A stretch of 64,000 nucleotides of DNA, taken from assembly GCA_965247115.1 (NCBI GenBank), contig CBDFGR010000002.1, positions 512,001 through 576,000 on the forward strand, given 5' to 3'. The position numbers were made by a program, and so were the translations under genes. Below, piece after piece: positions 19,432 through 27,969 of this stretch. Numbering within the stretch: the stretch's first letter is position 1; every line of letters begins with the position of its first letter. The notes under the pieces were generated by a model. It worked only from the letters and a program-made list of their open reading frames with translations, searched no databases and was not told the origin of the DNA. Source of the stretch: Myxococcota bacterium. GTDB lineage: Bacteria; Myxococcota_A; UBA9160; SZUA-336.

Positions 19432-20646
19432 ATGAACGTCCTGAAGATGGCCTGGCGGAACGTGTGGCGGAATCGCCGCCGTACCCTGGTCACGGTCGCC
19501 GCGATGACCCTCGGCCTGACCTCGATGATCCTCGTTGCCAGCATGCTGGCGGGCTTCCTTCGCGACATCGAGCGCGACGTGCTGGACCTCGAGGTCGGGG
19601 ACGTCCAGATCGTTGCCGCCGACTACCGCGATAACCCCTCCATCTACACGCGCATTGAGGATCCGGAGACGCTGCTCACACAGCTGGAGGAGGCTGGCCT
19701 TTCCGCCACCGCTCGCCTGCTCGCGTACGGTCTGGTCGCCGGGGACGAGTCGGCAGCAGGAGCCTCCTTCCTCGGGGTGAACGTCGAGCGGGACGCCCGG
19801 GTGAGCCTGATTCACGAGCAGCTCGCGCAGGGCGAGTGGCTCGCTCGCGACGATCCGAACGGCGTCGTCCTGGGCCGCCGCCTGGCGAGCAGCCTGGGGC
19901 TCTCGCTCGGCTCGCAGCTCGTCGTCCTGACACAGGCTGCAGACGGCAGCATGGCGAACGACCTCTACGTCGTTCGGGGCGTGCTGCTCGGCATTGGGGA
20001 TGGCATCGATCGCTCGGGCGTCTTCATGACGGAGGCCGCGTTCCGCACGCTGCTCGTCCTCCCCGCTGGGGCCCACCAGATCATCGTGCGCCGACCCCTC
20101 GAGGTCGACCTGCCCACCGCCGCGGGCCAGGTCCACGAGCTGGCTCTGGAGCACGACGTCCAGACCTGGCGCCAGCTGCTGCCGACGATCGCTTCGTACA
20201 TCGACTCGGCGCGCAGCATGATCTACATGATGTTCGTCGTCATCTACGTTGCGATCGGCTTATTGATTCTCAACGCAATGTTGATGACCGTCTTCGAGCG
20301 AATACGCGAGTTCGGCGTGCTGAAGGCCATTGGTGTCGGTCCGTTCGAGGTGCTGCTCTTGATCCTGGCCGAGAGTGCGTTCCAGACGGTCATCGCGGTC
20401 GTCGTCGGGCTGGGCCTCGCCGTTCCCGGCGTACTCTACCTGACCTATAGCGGGATCAATGTCGGCAGCATGGCCGGAGTCTCGATGATGGGAATGTCCA
20501 TGAACCCGATCATGCGCGCGGCGGTGGACATCGGCGTGTTCACCGCTCCGATCGTGACACTTCTTTCGATCGTCGCTCTCGCGGTGATCTATCCGGCCGC
20601 GAAGGCCGCGCTGATCCGCCCGGTCGAGGCGATGCGCTACCAGTAG
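19432..20646 (+). CDS. ABC transporter permease, FtsX/LolC-E/MacB family
   Basis: AWRNVWRNRRRT, ILNAMLMTVFERIREFGVLKAIG, PVEAMR. Confidence 0.9.
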   Translation: MNVLKMAWRNVWRNRRRTLVTVAAMTLGLTSMILVASMLAGFLRDIERDVLDLEVGDVQIVAADYRDNPSIYTRIEDPETLLTQLEEAGLSATARLLAYGLVAGDESAAGASFLGVNVERDARVSLIHEQLAQGEWLARDDPNGVVLGRRLASSLGLSLGSQLVVLTQAADGSMANDLYVVRGVLLGIGDGIDRSGVFMTEAAFRTLLVLPAGAHQIIVRRPLEVDLPTAAGQVHELALEHDVQTWRQLLPTIASYIDSARSMIYMMFVVIYVAIGLLILNAMLMTVFERIREFGVLKAIGVGPFEVLLLILAESAFQTVIAVVVGLGLAVPGVLYLTYSGINVGSMAGVSMMGMSMNPIMRAAVDIGVFTAPIVTLLSIVALAVIYPAAKAALIRPVEAMRYQ

Positions 20647-20660
20647 GAGGACCCCCGTCG

Positions 20661-21917
20661 TTGACGCGTACCAGACTCCCATCGACGGCCTGGCGGAACC
20701 TTTGGCGGCACCGCCGCCGCACCCTGCTCACGCTGCTCTCGATCGCGTTCGGAACGATGCTGGCAATCATCATGACCGGCATGGCCGACTCGATGTTCGG
20801 CGACATGATCAACCTCGCGGCGCGCATGGGCGGGGGGCACGTCACGCTGCAGCACCCGGAGTACCTGGACAGGCCCGCTCTCAAGCGGACGCTTGCCGAC
20901 ACGACGGGGCTGCGAGAGATCGCACTGCGCGAACGAGAAGTGGAGCGGGTGGTCCCGCGCATCACGGGACAGCTGCTGCTCTCCACGGCGGCCCAGAGCT
21001 ACGGCGCCGCCTTCATCGCCTTCGATCCCACACTCGAGGACAACGCCACGCTCTCGATTCTCGACAGCCTGGTCGAGGGAGAGGTCTTTGCCTCCCCGGA
21101 CGACAAGGGGATCATCCTGGGCTCGCGCCTCGCAGGCAACCTGGGCGCGCGGCTGGGCCGCAAAGTCGTCTACACGCTCGCAGACAAGCACGGCGAGATC
21201 ACGCGTGAGGCAGCGCGTGTCACCGGGATCCTGCGCACGGGCTCGCCCAGCGTGGACGCCGCCCTCGCGCTGTTGCCCATAGATACCTTTCGCCGGGCCG
21301 TTGCGTACTCCGCCGACGAGGGCATCCAGGTGGCGGTCTTCCTTTCGGATCAGCGCCGCGCGAATGCGGTGGCCGCACGCCTCGCGGACCGCGTGGGCAC
21401 CCACGTCTCCGCGCTGACCTGGCAGCAGGCCCAACCCGATGTCTCCAGCTTCATCACCATGAAGATCGTTGGCATGCAGGTGATGGAGGTACTCGTGATG
21501 CTGCTAGTAGCGGCGGGCATCTTCAACACGCTCTTCGTGAGCGTGATGGAACGAATTCGCGAGTTCGGGATCATGCTGGCGATCGGCTTCAGCCCGGCGA
21601 ACCTGTTCGGGCTCGTCATGTTCGAGAGCTTGTGGCTCGGGCTCGTAGGTCTCGTTGGCGCCGCCCTGCTTACCGCCGGCCCCTACTACTACCTGGCGAC
21701 CATCGGCATCGACTACGCCGGAATGCTCGCGGGGACCGACTCCGGCAGTGCCGAAGTCGCGGGCATCGCCATGCCCTTGCAGATGCGTGTGGGCATCACC
21801 CCCGAGCACGTGGTCATGATTGCGGGGCTCGTGCTCCTCGCGACACTGCTCGCAGGCATCCTTCCGGCCCGCCAGGCGGGTCGCGTCGTACCCGTCGAGT
21901 CCATCCGGCTGGTGTGA
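20661..21917 (+). CDS. ABC transporter permease, FtsX/LolC-E/MacB family
   Basis: AWRNLWRHRRRT, IFNTLFVSVMERIREFGIMLAIG. Confidence 0.9.
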   Translation: MTRTRLPSTAWRNLWRHRRRTLLTLLSIAFGTMLAIIMTGMADSMFGDMINLAARMGGGHVTLQHPEYLDRPALKRTLADTTGLREIALREREVERVVPRITGQLLLSTAAQSYGAAFIAFDPTLEDNATLSILDSLVEGEVFASPDDKGIILGSRLAGNLGARLGRKVVYTLADKHGEITREAARVTGILRTGSPSVDAALALLPIDTFRRAVAYSADEGIQVAVFLSDQRRANAVAARLADRVGTHVSALTWQQAQPDVSSFITMKIVGMQVMEVLVMLLVAAGIFNTLFVSVMERIREFGIMLAIGFSPANLFGLVMFESLWLGLVGLVGAALLTAGPYYYLATIGIDYAGMLAGTDSGSAEVAGIAMPLQMRVGITPEHVVMIAGLVLLATLLAGILPARQAGRVVPVESIRLV

Positions 21918-21918
21918 G

Positions 21919-22617
21919 ATGGCAGACACGCCCATCGTCGAGCTCGAGAACGTGACCAAGCTCTACCGCCAGGGCGCGGTCGACGTGGCCGCCCTGCGCG
22001 GGCTCAGCCTCGCGATCGATAGCGGCGAGTTCACCACGCTGTGTGGTCCCTCCGGCTCCGGCAAGACCACGGCGCTGAACTTGATCGGCGCGCTCGACAC
22101 CCCAACGTCCGGCCACGTCCGCGTGGAAGGGCGTGATCTCAGCACGCTGAGCCGGCGCACGCTCAGCCACCTGCGCCGCGACCGCATCGGCTTCGTCTTT
22201 CAGAGCTACAACCTGATCCCGGTGCTCACGGCATACGAGAACGCAGAGATGGTGCTCGCCCTGCAGGGCGTCGAGACCTCCGAGCGCCACGAGCGCGTGA
22301 TGCGCCTGCTCGCCAGCGTCGGCCTCGAGGGTATGGAGGAGCGCCGGCCCGACGAGCTCTCCGGCGGACAGCAGCAGCGCGTCGCCATCGCCCGCGCGAT
22401 CGCACCGGACCCGGCCATCGTGCTGGCCGACGAGCCCACCGCGAACGTCGACTCGGAGACCGCGGACATGCTGCTGGAGCTGATGGAGCATCTGAACCGG
22501 GAGCACGGCGTCACCTTCCTCTTCTCCACGCACGACCCCAAGGTGATGGAGCGGGCGCGGCGCGTGATCCGCATCGTCGACGGCCGCGTCGACCAGGACG
22601 ACATGCGAGCCACGTAG
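21919..22617 (+). CDS. ABC transporter ATPase (LolD-like)
   Basis: GPSGSGKT, IGFVFQSYNL, LSGGQQQR, LADEPT, STHD. Confidence 0.92.
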   Translation: MADTPIVELENVTKLYRQGAVDVAALRGLSLAIDSGEFTTLCGPSGSGKTTALNLIGALDTPTSGHVRVEGRDLSTLSRRTLSHLRRDRIGFVFQSYNLIPVLTAYENAEMVLALQGVETSERHERVMRLLASVGLEGMEERRPDELSGGQQQRVAIARAIAPDPAIVLADEPTANVDSETADMLLELMEHLNREHGVTFLFSTHDPKVMERARRVIRIVDGRVDQDDMRAT

Positions 22618-22680
22618 GGAGCCGCTGACGCCACGGGCCTGGCCTATCAAGTACGCTACGTGCACCAACGAGGGGATCCG

Positions 22681-23448
22681 ATGTCAGAAGCACTCAGCTT
22701 GAACGAGGCCCGCCGGAGCGGCGCACTGCGGCTCGTCCTTCCGCTCGGCATTCCCAGTCCGTGGTCCGAGTCGGCAAAGGGAATCTTGCGCCTCAAGGGA
22801 ATCGGCTATACGCCTGTCGCGCACGATGGCCGCGACACCGCCGCACTCCAGGAGTGGACGGGTCAGGCCAGCGCCCCTGCACTCGTCGACGAGGACGAGC
22901 GCGCCTACAGCAGGTGGGACGAGATCCTCTTCTTTGCGGAGGAGCGCGAGCTGGAGCCGCAGCTCATCCCCTCCAACGTCCAGGATCGCGCTCTCATGTT
23001 CGGGCTCGCCCACGAGCTCTGCGGACACCTGGGGCTCGCCTGGTGCCGGCGCCTCACCATGGTGGACGATTCGCTGCGAGAAGGCAGACCGCTACCGAAG
23101 GAGATCGCGGAACGCATCGGGGCGAAGTACGGCTACAGCTCGGAGGCGGCGGCGCGGGCGCCGGGCCGAGTCCTGGACATCGTCGGGCTCCTGGCCTCGC
23201 AGCTCGCACAGCAGAAGCTGCGCGGGCGGACCTTCCTGATCGGGGAGCAGCTCTCCGCACTCGACGTCTACTGGGCAACCTTCGCGGCCCTGATCGATCC
23301 GCTGCCAGACGAGCTCTACCCGACTCCGGCGATGATCCGGGAGGCCTACACCGTTCAGGACCCGCAGGTGCTCGAGCTCTTCGACACGGACCTGCGCGCG
23401 CATCGCGATACCATCTACAGCCGCTTCCTGCCCGGGGAGACCGCCTGA
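22681..23448 (+). CDS. Glutathione S-transferase-like protein
   Basis: PSPWSE..K N-terminal motif, SAP, and C-terminal FLIGEQLSALDVY GST_C signature. Confidence 0.7.
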   Translation: MSEALSLNEARRSGALRLVLPLGIPSPWSESAKGILRLKGIGYTPVAHDGRDTAALQEWTGQASAPALVDEDERAYSRWDEILFFAEERELEPQLIPSNVQDRALMFGLAHELCGHLGLAWCRRLTMVDDSLREGRPLPKEIAERIGAKYGYSSEAAARAPGRVLDIVGLLASQLAQQKLRGRTFLIGEQLSALDVYWATFAALIDPLPDELYPTPAMIREAYTVQDPQVLELFDTDLRAHRDTIYSRFLPGETA

Positions 23449-23624
23449 CCGACGCGATCCTGGCTCAGCCCAGCGTCGAGCCGGAGGACGTAGTCGCCTC
23501 GTCGGTTCGCGAGGCGGCCGCGTGATTCGAAGGGGCTACGCCGCTCCTGTATGATGCCCGGCGTGCGTACGCGTGGCACAGGCCCCCCTCTCCTCACTGG
23601 ACCCTTCGTCAAGCAGGGGACTTC

Positions 23625-24830
23625 GTGAACCGAGGGGCTCTGGAAGGCCTGTCCGTTGTGGAGCTGGGGCGCATGGTAGCGGCGCCCTACTGCGGAAAGG
23701 TCCTCGCTGACCTCGGAGCCGACGTGCTCAAGCTCGAGCAGCCGAGGGTCGGCGATCCAGCGCGGCGTCAGGGGCCGTTCCCAGCGGATGTGCCACACCC
23801 CGAGCGCAGCGCCCTCTTCCTGTACCTGAACACGAACAAGCGCTCCGTCACGCTGGCCCCGAACAACGAGGCAGGACGCCAGGTGTTCGAGCGGCTCGTG
23901 GCAGAGGCGGACGTGCTCATCGAGGACTGCGCTCCCGGGGAGCGGCAAAGCCTCGGGCTCGATCTGGCGCAGCTCCGCGAGCGGAACCCGAGCCTCGTCA
24001 TCACGTCGATCACTGCCTTCGGAGAGACAGGACCTTACCGCGACTACCGCAGCCACCACATCAACCTGTATCACGCCAGCGGCCACACTTCGTTCGGCTA
24101 CAAGGACCAGCAGGAGGACGGGCGCCCGCCGCCAAAGGCCGGTGGCTACCTCGGCGAGTACGACGCCGGACTCACTGCCGCGGTGGGCACGCTGGCGGCG
24201 ATCCTCGGTCGCGGCCAGGACGGCCAGGGACAATGGGTAGGCGTGTCGAAGCTCGAGGCGCTGATGTGCATGGAACGCGTCGACATCGGACGCCTGACGA
24301 ACGATCCGAATCCCCAGCCCTGGCGGGGTGGCATTGGCGGGATGATGAAGGCGAAGGACGGCTACTGCATGATCACGGCGTCGCAGGACCACCAGTGGCA
24401 GGGGATCGTTCGCGCCATGGGCAACCCGGAGTGGGCGCAGAGCGAGCGGTTCAAGGACGAAGCCTCTCGCCTCGAGCATCGCGACGCCATGCGGGAGAAC
24501 CTTGACGCGTGGGCGGCCGTGCACACGCGCGACGAGATCTACCACCTGCTCCAGTCGGAGGGTACACCCGCTGGACCGGTCCGGAACGTGGCCGAGGTCC
24601 TCGAGTCGCAGCAGTCCCGGTCACGCAACTACTTCGCGAGGGTCGAACACCCAGTGGCCGGAGCACAGCAGTATCCGACCCTGCCCTATCTGTTCTCGCT
24701 CTTCTCGGACGCTGCAACGCGGACGAGCCCCGCCCCGCTGCTCGGTGAGCACAACGACGAGATCTACTGCGGGCAGCTCGGCCACACGCGAGAGGAGCTG
24801 TCTCAGCTCGCCGACGCAGGAGTGATCTGA
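23625..24830 (+). CDS. Class III CoA-transferase, subunit with Glu at the catalytic Asp position
   Basis: LEGLSVVELG, LNTNKRSVTL, LGEYDAG, APLLGEHN. Confidence 0.9.
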   Translation: MNRGALEGLSVVELGRMVAAPYCGKVLADLGADVLKLEQPRVGDPARRQGPFPADVPHPERSALFLYLNTNKRSVTLAPNNEAGRQVFERLVAEADVLIEDCAPGERQSLGLDLAQLRERNPSLVITSITAFGETGPYRDYRSHHINLYHASGHTSFGYKDQQEDGRPPPKAGGYLGEYDAGLTAAVGTLAAILGRGQDGQGQWVGVSKLEALMCMERVDIGRLTNDPNPQPWRGGIGGMMKAKDGYCMITASQDHQWQGIVRAMGNPEWAQSERFKDEASRLEHRDAMRENLDAWAAVHTRDEIYHLLQSEGTPAGPVRNVAEVLESQQSRSRNYFARVEHPVAGAQQYPTLPYLFSLFSDAATRTSPAPLLGEHNDEIYCGQLGHTREELSQLADAGVI

Positions 24831-26059
24831 TGCCCGGCGCTGGAGAAAGCGGCGAAGGGCCCCTAGCCGGCATCCGCGTCACGGACTTCACCTGGGCCTG
24901 GGCCGGGCCGCACGCAACGCTGCTGCTGTCCATGCTGGGAGCGGAAGTAATCAAGATCGAGAGCCGCACGCGCATCGACCACAGCCGCCTGCGCTCGCTG
25001 ATGGGGGGCGCTACCCAGGGCGGCCCGGATGCCTCGCCCCTCTTCAACGATCTCAACCTGAACAAGTGCTCGCTCACGCTGAACCTGCGCGAGGAGCGCT
25101 CGCGAGAGATCGTGCGCAAGCTCGTGGCGAAGAGCGACGCCGTACTTCAGAACATGCGTCCCGGCGTCCTCGACCGGCTTCGACTTGGCTACGACGACCT
25201 GCGCGCTGTGAAGCCAGACATCATCATGCTCTCGTCTTCGGCCGTCGGAGCCACGGGCCCCGAACGAACCTATGCGGGCTATGCGCCCACTTTCGCATCG
25301 ATGAGCGGCATGGCCCATATCACCGGTCACCCCGACCTGCCGCCGCTCCCGCTCAGCGGCTCCGTGGATCTTCGCGTCGGTACGGCCGCGGCCTTCGCGA
25401 CGCTCGCGGCGCTCTATCATCGCGGGCGCACGGGCGAAGGACAGCACATCGACCTGTCGTCGACGGAGATCATGAGCTCGATGATGGGCGAGGTCTTCCT
25501 CGGCTACGAGATGAGTGGCCAGGTCCCGGAGCGGATGGGCAACCGCGACATCACGATGGCCCCACACAACTGCTACCGCTGCCGCGACGAGGGCCGGTGG
25601 GTGACCATCGCGGTCGGCAGCGAGGAGGAGTGGTCCGCGCTGAAGCGAGCGCTCGGCGATCCCGCGCTCGATGAGGAGGGCTTCGGGGATCCCGCCTCCC
25701 GCTGGCGCAACCAGGCTCGCCTAGACCCGATCATCGAGCGCTGGACCGTGGAGCGCGAGGTCGCCGAGGTCGTGAAGACCCTCCAGGCGGCCGGAGTGGC
25801 CAGCCTGCCCGTGAACTCGGGCGCCCAGATCTCCCGTGACCCCCAGGTTCAAGAGCTGGGCATCCTCCAGAACATCGAGCACCCCCTACTCGGCGAGAAG
25901 GCCGTCGTCGGCGCCCCCTGGACCTTCAGCAACGCCAGCGTCGGAGTCCGCTACCCCGCCCCCCTCCTTGGCGAGCACAACCACTACGTCCTGAGCGACA
26001 TCCTCGGCCTCCCCGACTCAGAGATCGACCAACTAGAAACCGACGGCGTCCTCAACTGA
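24830..26059 (+). CDS. Class III CoA-transferase
   Basis: PLAGIRVTDFTWAWAGP, GAEVIKIE, SVDLRVG, APLLGEHN; TGATG coupling to previous gene. Confidence 0.92.
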   Translation: MPGAGESGEGPLAGIRVTDFTWAWAGPHATLLLSMLGAEVIKIESRTRIDHSRLRSLMGGATQGGPDASPLFNDLNLNKCSLTLNLREERSREIVRKLVAKSDAVLQNMRPGVLDRLRLGYDDLRAVKPDIIMLSSSAVGATGPERTYAGYAPTFASMSGMAHITGHPDLPPLPLSGSVDLRVGTAAAFATLAALYHRGRTGEGQHIDLSSTEIMSSMMGEVFLGYEMSGQVPERMGNRDITMAPHNCYRCRDEGRWVTIAVGSEEEWSALKRALGDPALDEEGFGDPASRWRNQARLDPIIERWTVEREVAEVVKTLQAAGVASLPVNSGAQISRDPQVQELGILQNIEHPLLGEKAVVGAPWTFSNASVGVRYPAPLLGEHNHYVLSDILGLPDSEIDQLETDGVLN

Positions 26060-26165
26060 TAACTTGGGGACGGTCCTTAAATCATAACTTCTTCTCGAGC
26101 GACGGTGGAGGCCCGCAACGCTTCGAAAAGAAGTTATGATTTAAGGACCGTCCCCAAGTTATCAG
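26056..26165. repeat. REPIN/MITE-like long inverted repeat (38-bp perfect arms, 34-bp partly self-complementary spacer)
   Basis: CTGATAACTTGGGGACGGTCCTTAAATCATAACTTCTT (26056-26093) is the exact reverse complement of 26128-26165. Confidence 0.9.
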
Positions 26166-27031
26166 GGAGTGTTGGAGCGGAGGAAGGTGAGGATTTCGGT
26201 CTGGGTTTCGGGGGGCTCGGTGGCGGTGCCGTGCTCGGCGCCTTCGACGGCCAGGCAGCGGACGTTCGGGCGGCCTTCGGCGAGGGCGTGCCAGCCGACG
26301 TCTGGGAAGACGCTGTCGGCGGTGCCGTAAACACAGAGCAGCGGCATCTCGAGCTCGCCGAAGCGCTTGGTCGCGTCCCAGTCGACGTAGGCCGCGTATG
26401 TGCGGAGCTCCCCCGCGTACTTGGCCATGCGCTCCTCCCGGGGGACCTTTGCGAGCTGAGCCCGGATCTGGTCGCGCCGGCCTCCGCGCGCGCTCTGCTC
26501 TCCCGCGGCGGTGGAGGGCCTCGAGGCGGCGAACAGGTCGAGACCGACGGTACCGCCCTCGCGCCGGGCAGCGTAGGCGGCCTCGACGCCATCGGTCTCG
26601 AGGATACGGATGCGCGCACGCAGCTTTGAGAGCAGCTCCTCGTCCTGCGAGAGCCAGGGTGCCGACTCCGCAACGACCAGACCCGCGGCGGCCTCGGGAT
26701 GGTCGAGTCCGAAGGCAAGGGTGATCGGACCGCCCGCGGACGTTCCCCACACGTGGGCGCGCTCGTGACCCAGGTGCCGCAGCAGCTCGCGGATGTCGTC
26801 CGCAAACTGCTCCATGGTGTGCCGCGTCTCGGGATAGCCCGAGCGGCCAGACGAGCGCCTGTCGTACAGGATCACCGAAAAGTGTTGTGCGAACGACTCG
26901 ACCCATGTCGGTACGCCGGCGCCAGCCCCCGTCCCGAGTCCGCCGAAGCCGCCGTGCACGAACACGAGCGGGAAGCCCGAGCCGTGCGTCTCGTAGTAGA
27001 GCTCGGTCCTGTTGATGGCTGCCGTGGGCAT
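26162..27031 (-). CDS. Alpha/beta hydrolase
   Basis: LYYETHGSG.PLVFVHG, YDRRSSGRS, GTSAGG nucleophile elbow, GTADS, GAEHG. Confidence 0.9.
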   Translation of the reverse strand: MPTAAINRTELYYETHGSGFPLVFVHGGFGGLGTGAGAGVPTWVESFAQHFSVILYDRRSSGRSGYPETRHTMEQFADDIRELLRHLGHERAHVWGTSAGGPITLAFGLDHPEAAAGLVVAESAPWLSQDEELLSKLRARIRILETDGVEAAYAARREGGTVGLDLFAASRPSTAAGEQSARGGRRDQIRAQLAKVPREERMAKYAGELRTYAAYVDWDATKRFGELEMPLLCVYGTADSVFPDVGWHALAEGRPNVRCLAVEGAEHGTATEPPETQTEILTFLRSNTP

Positions 27032-27041
27032 TTTCTTCTCC

Positions 27042-27866
27042 TCAGGCTTCGCGGAACGGACCGTCGCGTCGCTCCAGAAACTCGCGCAGTCCCTGCTCCT
27101 GGAGAACGCTCATCAGCTCGCGCTTCTCCTCGATCTGCGACGAGTCGAGCACGAGCGCGTCGTTCGCGCGGTGGAGCTCCATCGCGTTCTTGAAGCCCAT
27201 CATCTCGTAGGCTCCCTTGATGCTGCGCTTGGTCAGCTGGACCGCATAGGCCGGTACGCGCGCGACCCGGCGCGCAATGCGCAGGGTCTCGGCCTGCAGC
27301 TGGTCCGGCGGCAACACCTTGCTCACCAGACCGAGGCTCAGCGCCTCCTCCGCACCGATCGTATCGCCGCTGTAGTAGAGGTAGTGCATCGCCTTGCTGT
27401 TGTTTGCCAGGTAGGGAAGAAGCAGCAAGGGCGAGAGCGCGAAGTGCCGGATCTCGGGCTCACCGAAGGTCGCTGTCTCGGCCGCAAGGGTGATGTCCGC
27501 GACGAGCGCAAGGTTTGAGCCTGCCGCGATCGCGTGCCCGTTCACCGCCGTGATGACCGGCTGGCGCAGGTTCCAGATCCGCATCAGCGTGTCGAAGTTG
27601 AGCCGGATCAGACGCAGGAAGTCGGACTCGTCTTCGATCGAGATCCCCCCGCGATCGCCCGGGGTAAGGTCGAAGCCCGTCGAGAACGCCCTCCCCGCGC
27701 CCGTGATCACGACCACACGAACCTCCGGGTCGGCCTCGATGCTATCCAGCGCGGTGCGGAGCTCCGCGAGTAGGCCCTGGGACAGGGAGTTCAGCTTCTC
27801 GGGTCGGTTCAGCGTGATCGTCGCGATGCCTTCGGACTCGTCGTAGAGCAGAAACTCGTAACCCAT
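27042..27866 (-). CDS. Enoyl-CoA hydratase/isomerase family protein
   Basis: ITLNRPEKLNSL, GRAFSTGFDL, VNGHAIAAG, FGEPE; GGAGG RBS before ATG 27866. Confidence 0.92.
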   Translation of the reverse strand: MGYEFLLYDESEGIATITLNRPEKLNSLSQGLLAELRTALDSIEADPEVRVVVITGAGRAFSTGFDLTPGDRGGISIEDESDFLRLIRLNFDTLMRIWNLRQPVITAVNGHAIAAGSNLALVADITLAAETATFGEPEIRHFALSPLLLLPYLANNSKAMHYLYYSGDTIGAEEALSLGLVSKVLPPDQLQAETLRIARRVARVPAYAVQLTKRSIKGAYEMMGFKNAMELHRANDALVLDSSQIEEKRELMSVLQEQGLREFLERRDGPFREA

Positions 27867-27969
27867 TCTTCCTCCGCGTGGCTCTGCACCATCATGAAGG
27901 CCCTCGGTCACGGAGTCGACTCTCCTCCGGTCGGGAGTGATTTGCGCCCGCGCGGTGGGCTCAGTATGA

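Noticed and set aside
23563..23628. Leaderless 21-aa uORF (TATGAT-N7-GTG) overlapping the CoA-transferase start
   Set aside because: No informative composition, and the downstream gene has its own purine-rich RBS, so an ordinary 5' UTR explains it.
26056..26165. Simple bidirectional rho-independent terminator
   Set aside because: The 38-bp AT-rich stem, long spacer and absence of flanking U-tracts do not fit; it is reported as a REPIN/MITE-like element instead.
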